Positions 62,801 through 64,000 of a stretch of 64,000 nucleotides of DNA are shown here, piece by piece (position 1 is the stretch's first letter; every line of letters begins with the position of its first letter). Under the pieces are notes generated by a model. It was not told where the DNA came from and made no database searches. It saw nothing but the letters and a program-made list of their open reading frames with translations. A program made the position numbers and the translations under genes. The stretch comes from Chlorokybus atmophyticus. Taxonomy: Eukaryota; Plantae; Mesostigma and Chlorokybus algae. The stretch covers positions 246,348 to 310,347 of the forward strand of contig RHPI01000249.1 of the NCBI GenBank assembly GCA_009103225.1. Reading direction: 5' to 3'.

Positions 62801-64000
62801 CAACACAACCTGTCGAGGCGGCAAGCTAGGTGGAATGAATTCATTTCTCGTTTCACTTTCACTTGGCAATACCGTCCGAGTTGCACCAATATGGCGGATC
62901 CACCAAGTCGTAGCCCTGCCCTTTTGGCACTTACGCGCTCTCGAAGTACGCGTAATGTGCAACAGCCTAAAGATCCTTTCCTAAAGAAAGTGTCCACAGG
63001 TTATAACTCAGATGATTGGTTTAGCAGTTAAACCCACTCGTAACAGCTTACTGCTATTAGCAATCTGTGGTATAAAGGGGAGCATTTGGCAATTGCCAAC
63101 TCGGGCGACTTGCGTAAGCAATGCTTACAATCCATGCATGATCCGCCGTATGCTGGGCATTTGGGGAAACACAAAACACTCAAAGCTGCGCAACAGCTAT
63201 ACTGGTGGCCGTCAATGTCACCTGATGTGGATCAATATGTTCGCACATCTGACGTGTGTCAACGTAATAAGCCACTACGACAAAAACAAGCGGGATTTCT
63301 TAAAACATTAGCAATCTCAAACAAAAGTGGGATAGTGTCAGTATGGATTTGATTACTGACCTACCTTAAACAGCAGCCAAATACACTGCTATTGCGGTTT
63401 TTGTCGACCGTTTGACAAAAATGGTGCATTTTGCCTCGTGTTGCACAACTGTGAGTGCACGGGACTTAGCACATTTATTTGTGTCCACGGTCTTTCGAGT
63501 TCACGGTGTACCGCGGGAGCTTATCACAGATCGTAATCCTCGGTTTGTCTCCAAGTTTTGGAGAGAAGTCTGTAATTTATTGAGGGTAAAACAAAGCATG
63601 TCGACTACTTTCCACCCGCAAACGGACGGACAAACTGAGCAAGCAAATCAAATACAGGAAGAAATGCTTCGCCACTATGTGGCTCCTAACCATGCTGATT
63701 GGGACAGGTACTTGCCAATGGCAGAGTTCGCTGTGAACAATGCGTGGCAGAAAAGTGTAAAGGAAACCCCATTTTTCTTGAATTATGGGATTCGCCGAAC
63801 ACACCAGCGTCATTGCGTGTACCTCGCAATGCCCTAACTGTACTAGCGGCAAAGAAATTTGCCACTGATATGCAAGAAAATTTGGCTTAAGCCAAGCTAT
63901 GTCTGTAAGAAGCACAGGACAGGCAAAAAGCTTATGCTGATACACATTGAAGAATGGCCACTTTCGATGTCGGCAATAAAGTTTTGCCTAACGCAAAGAA
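59900..64000 (+). mobile_element. Degenerate, rearranged Ty3/gypsy element running off the window end; 5' boundary approximate
   Basis: An LTR-like end GTTACA at 60416 and a PBS-like sequence at 60418-60429. An RT fragment at ~60790-61135 (LDLISGYHQ, YLDD) is followed by a protease tail, a second RT (YLDD), RNase H (SDAST, DHNPL) and integrase (HDPPYAGHLG, TDRNPRF, DGQTE), with many stops. Confidence 0.9.

Overview
Eukaryotic, intron-rich genomic DNA. A green-lineage alga is likely, but that is inferred only from gene content, TG/CA-rich introns and iMet-type primer-binding sites. The left 35 kb is nested mobile DNA. (i) The 3' half of a Ty3/gypsy element whose integrase ends in a PHD finger, with an A-B-A terminal structure. 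(ii) A minus-strand composite non-autonomous LTR/TRIM element with three LTRs (10274-28072, GGCAA target duplication). (iii) Inside its middle LTR, a 14.8-kb Plavaka-type DNA transposon (12461-27255, TAAT duplication). Besides its transposase it carries a spliced Tudor + phage/bacterial-type C5-cytosine DNA methyltransferase gene, an OTU-type deubiquitinase ORF, a RING-like ORF, a zinc-finger exon and two unknown genes. A shared palindromic motif sits in its intergenic regions. This cargo is the most novel-looking system here, although this copy is decayed by nonsense mutations. (iv) A chromovirus (29445-35033, ATTAT duplication) whose 5' LTR is replaced by a perfect 110-bp palindrome. The right part holds host genes: TRM8/METTL1 head-to-head with cytosolic RPE, a multi-pass membrane class-3 lipase, a metal-dependent amidohydrolase and a BTB-BACK protein. 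It also holds a fold-back repeat with a TRIM inserted and a third, degenerate Ty3/gypsy element. All domain calls come from motif recognition by eye; no searches were run. Several single-N joins and one 298-N gap are assembly artefacts.
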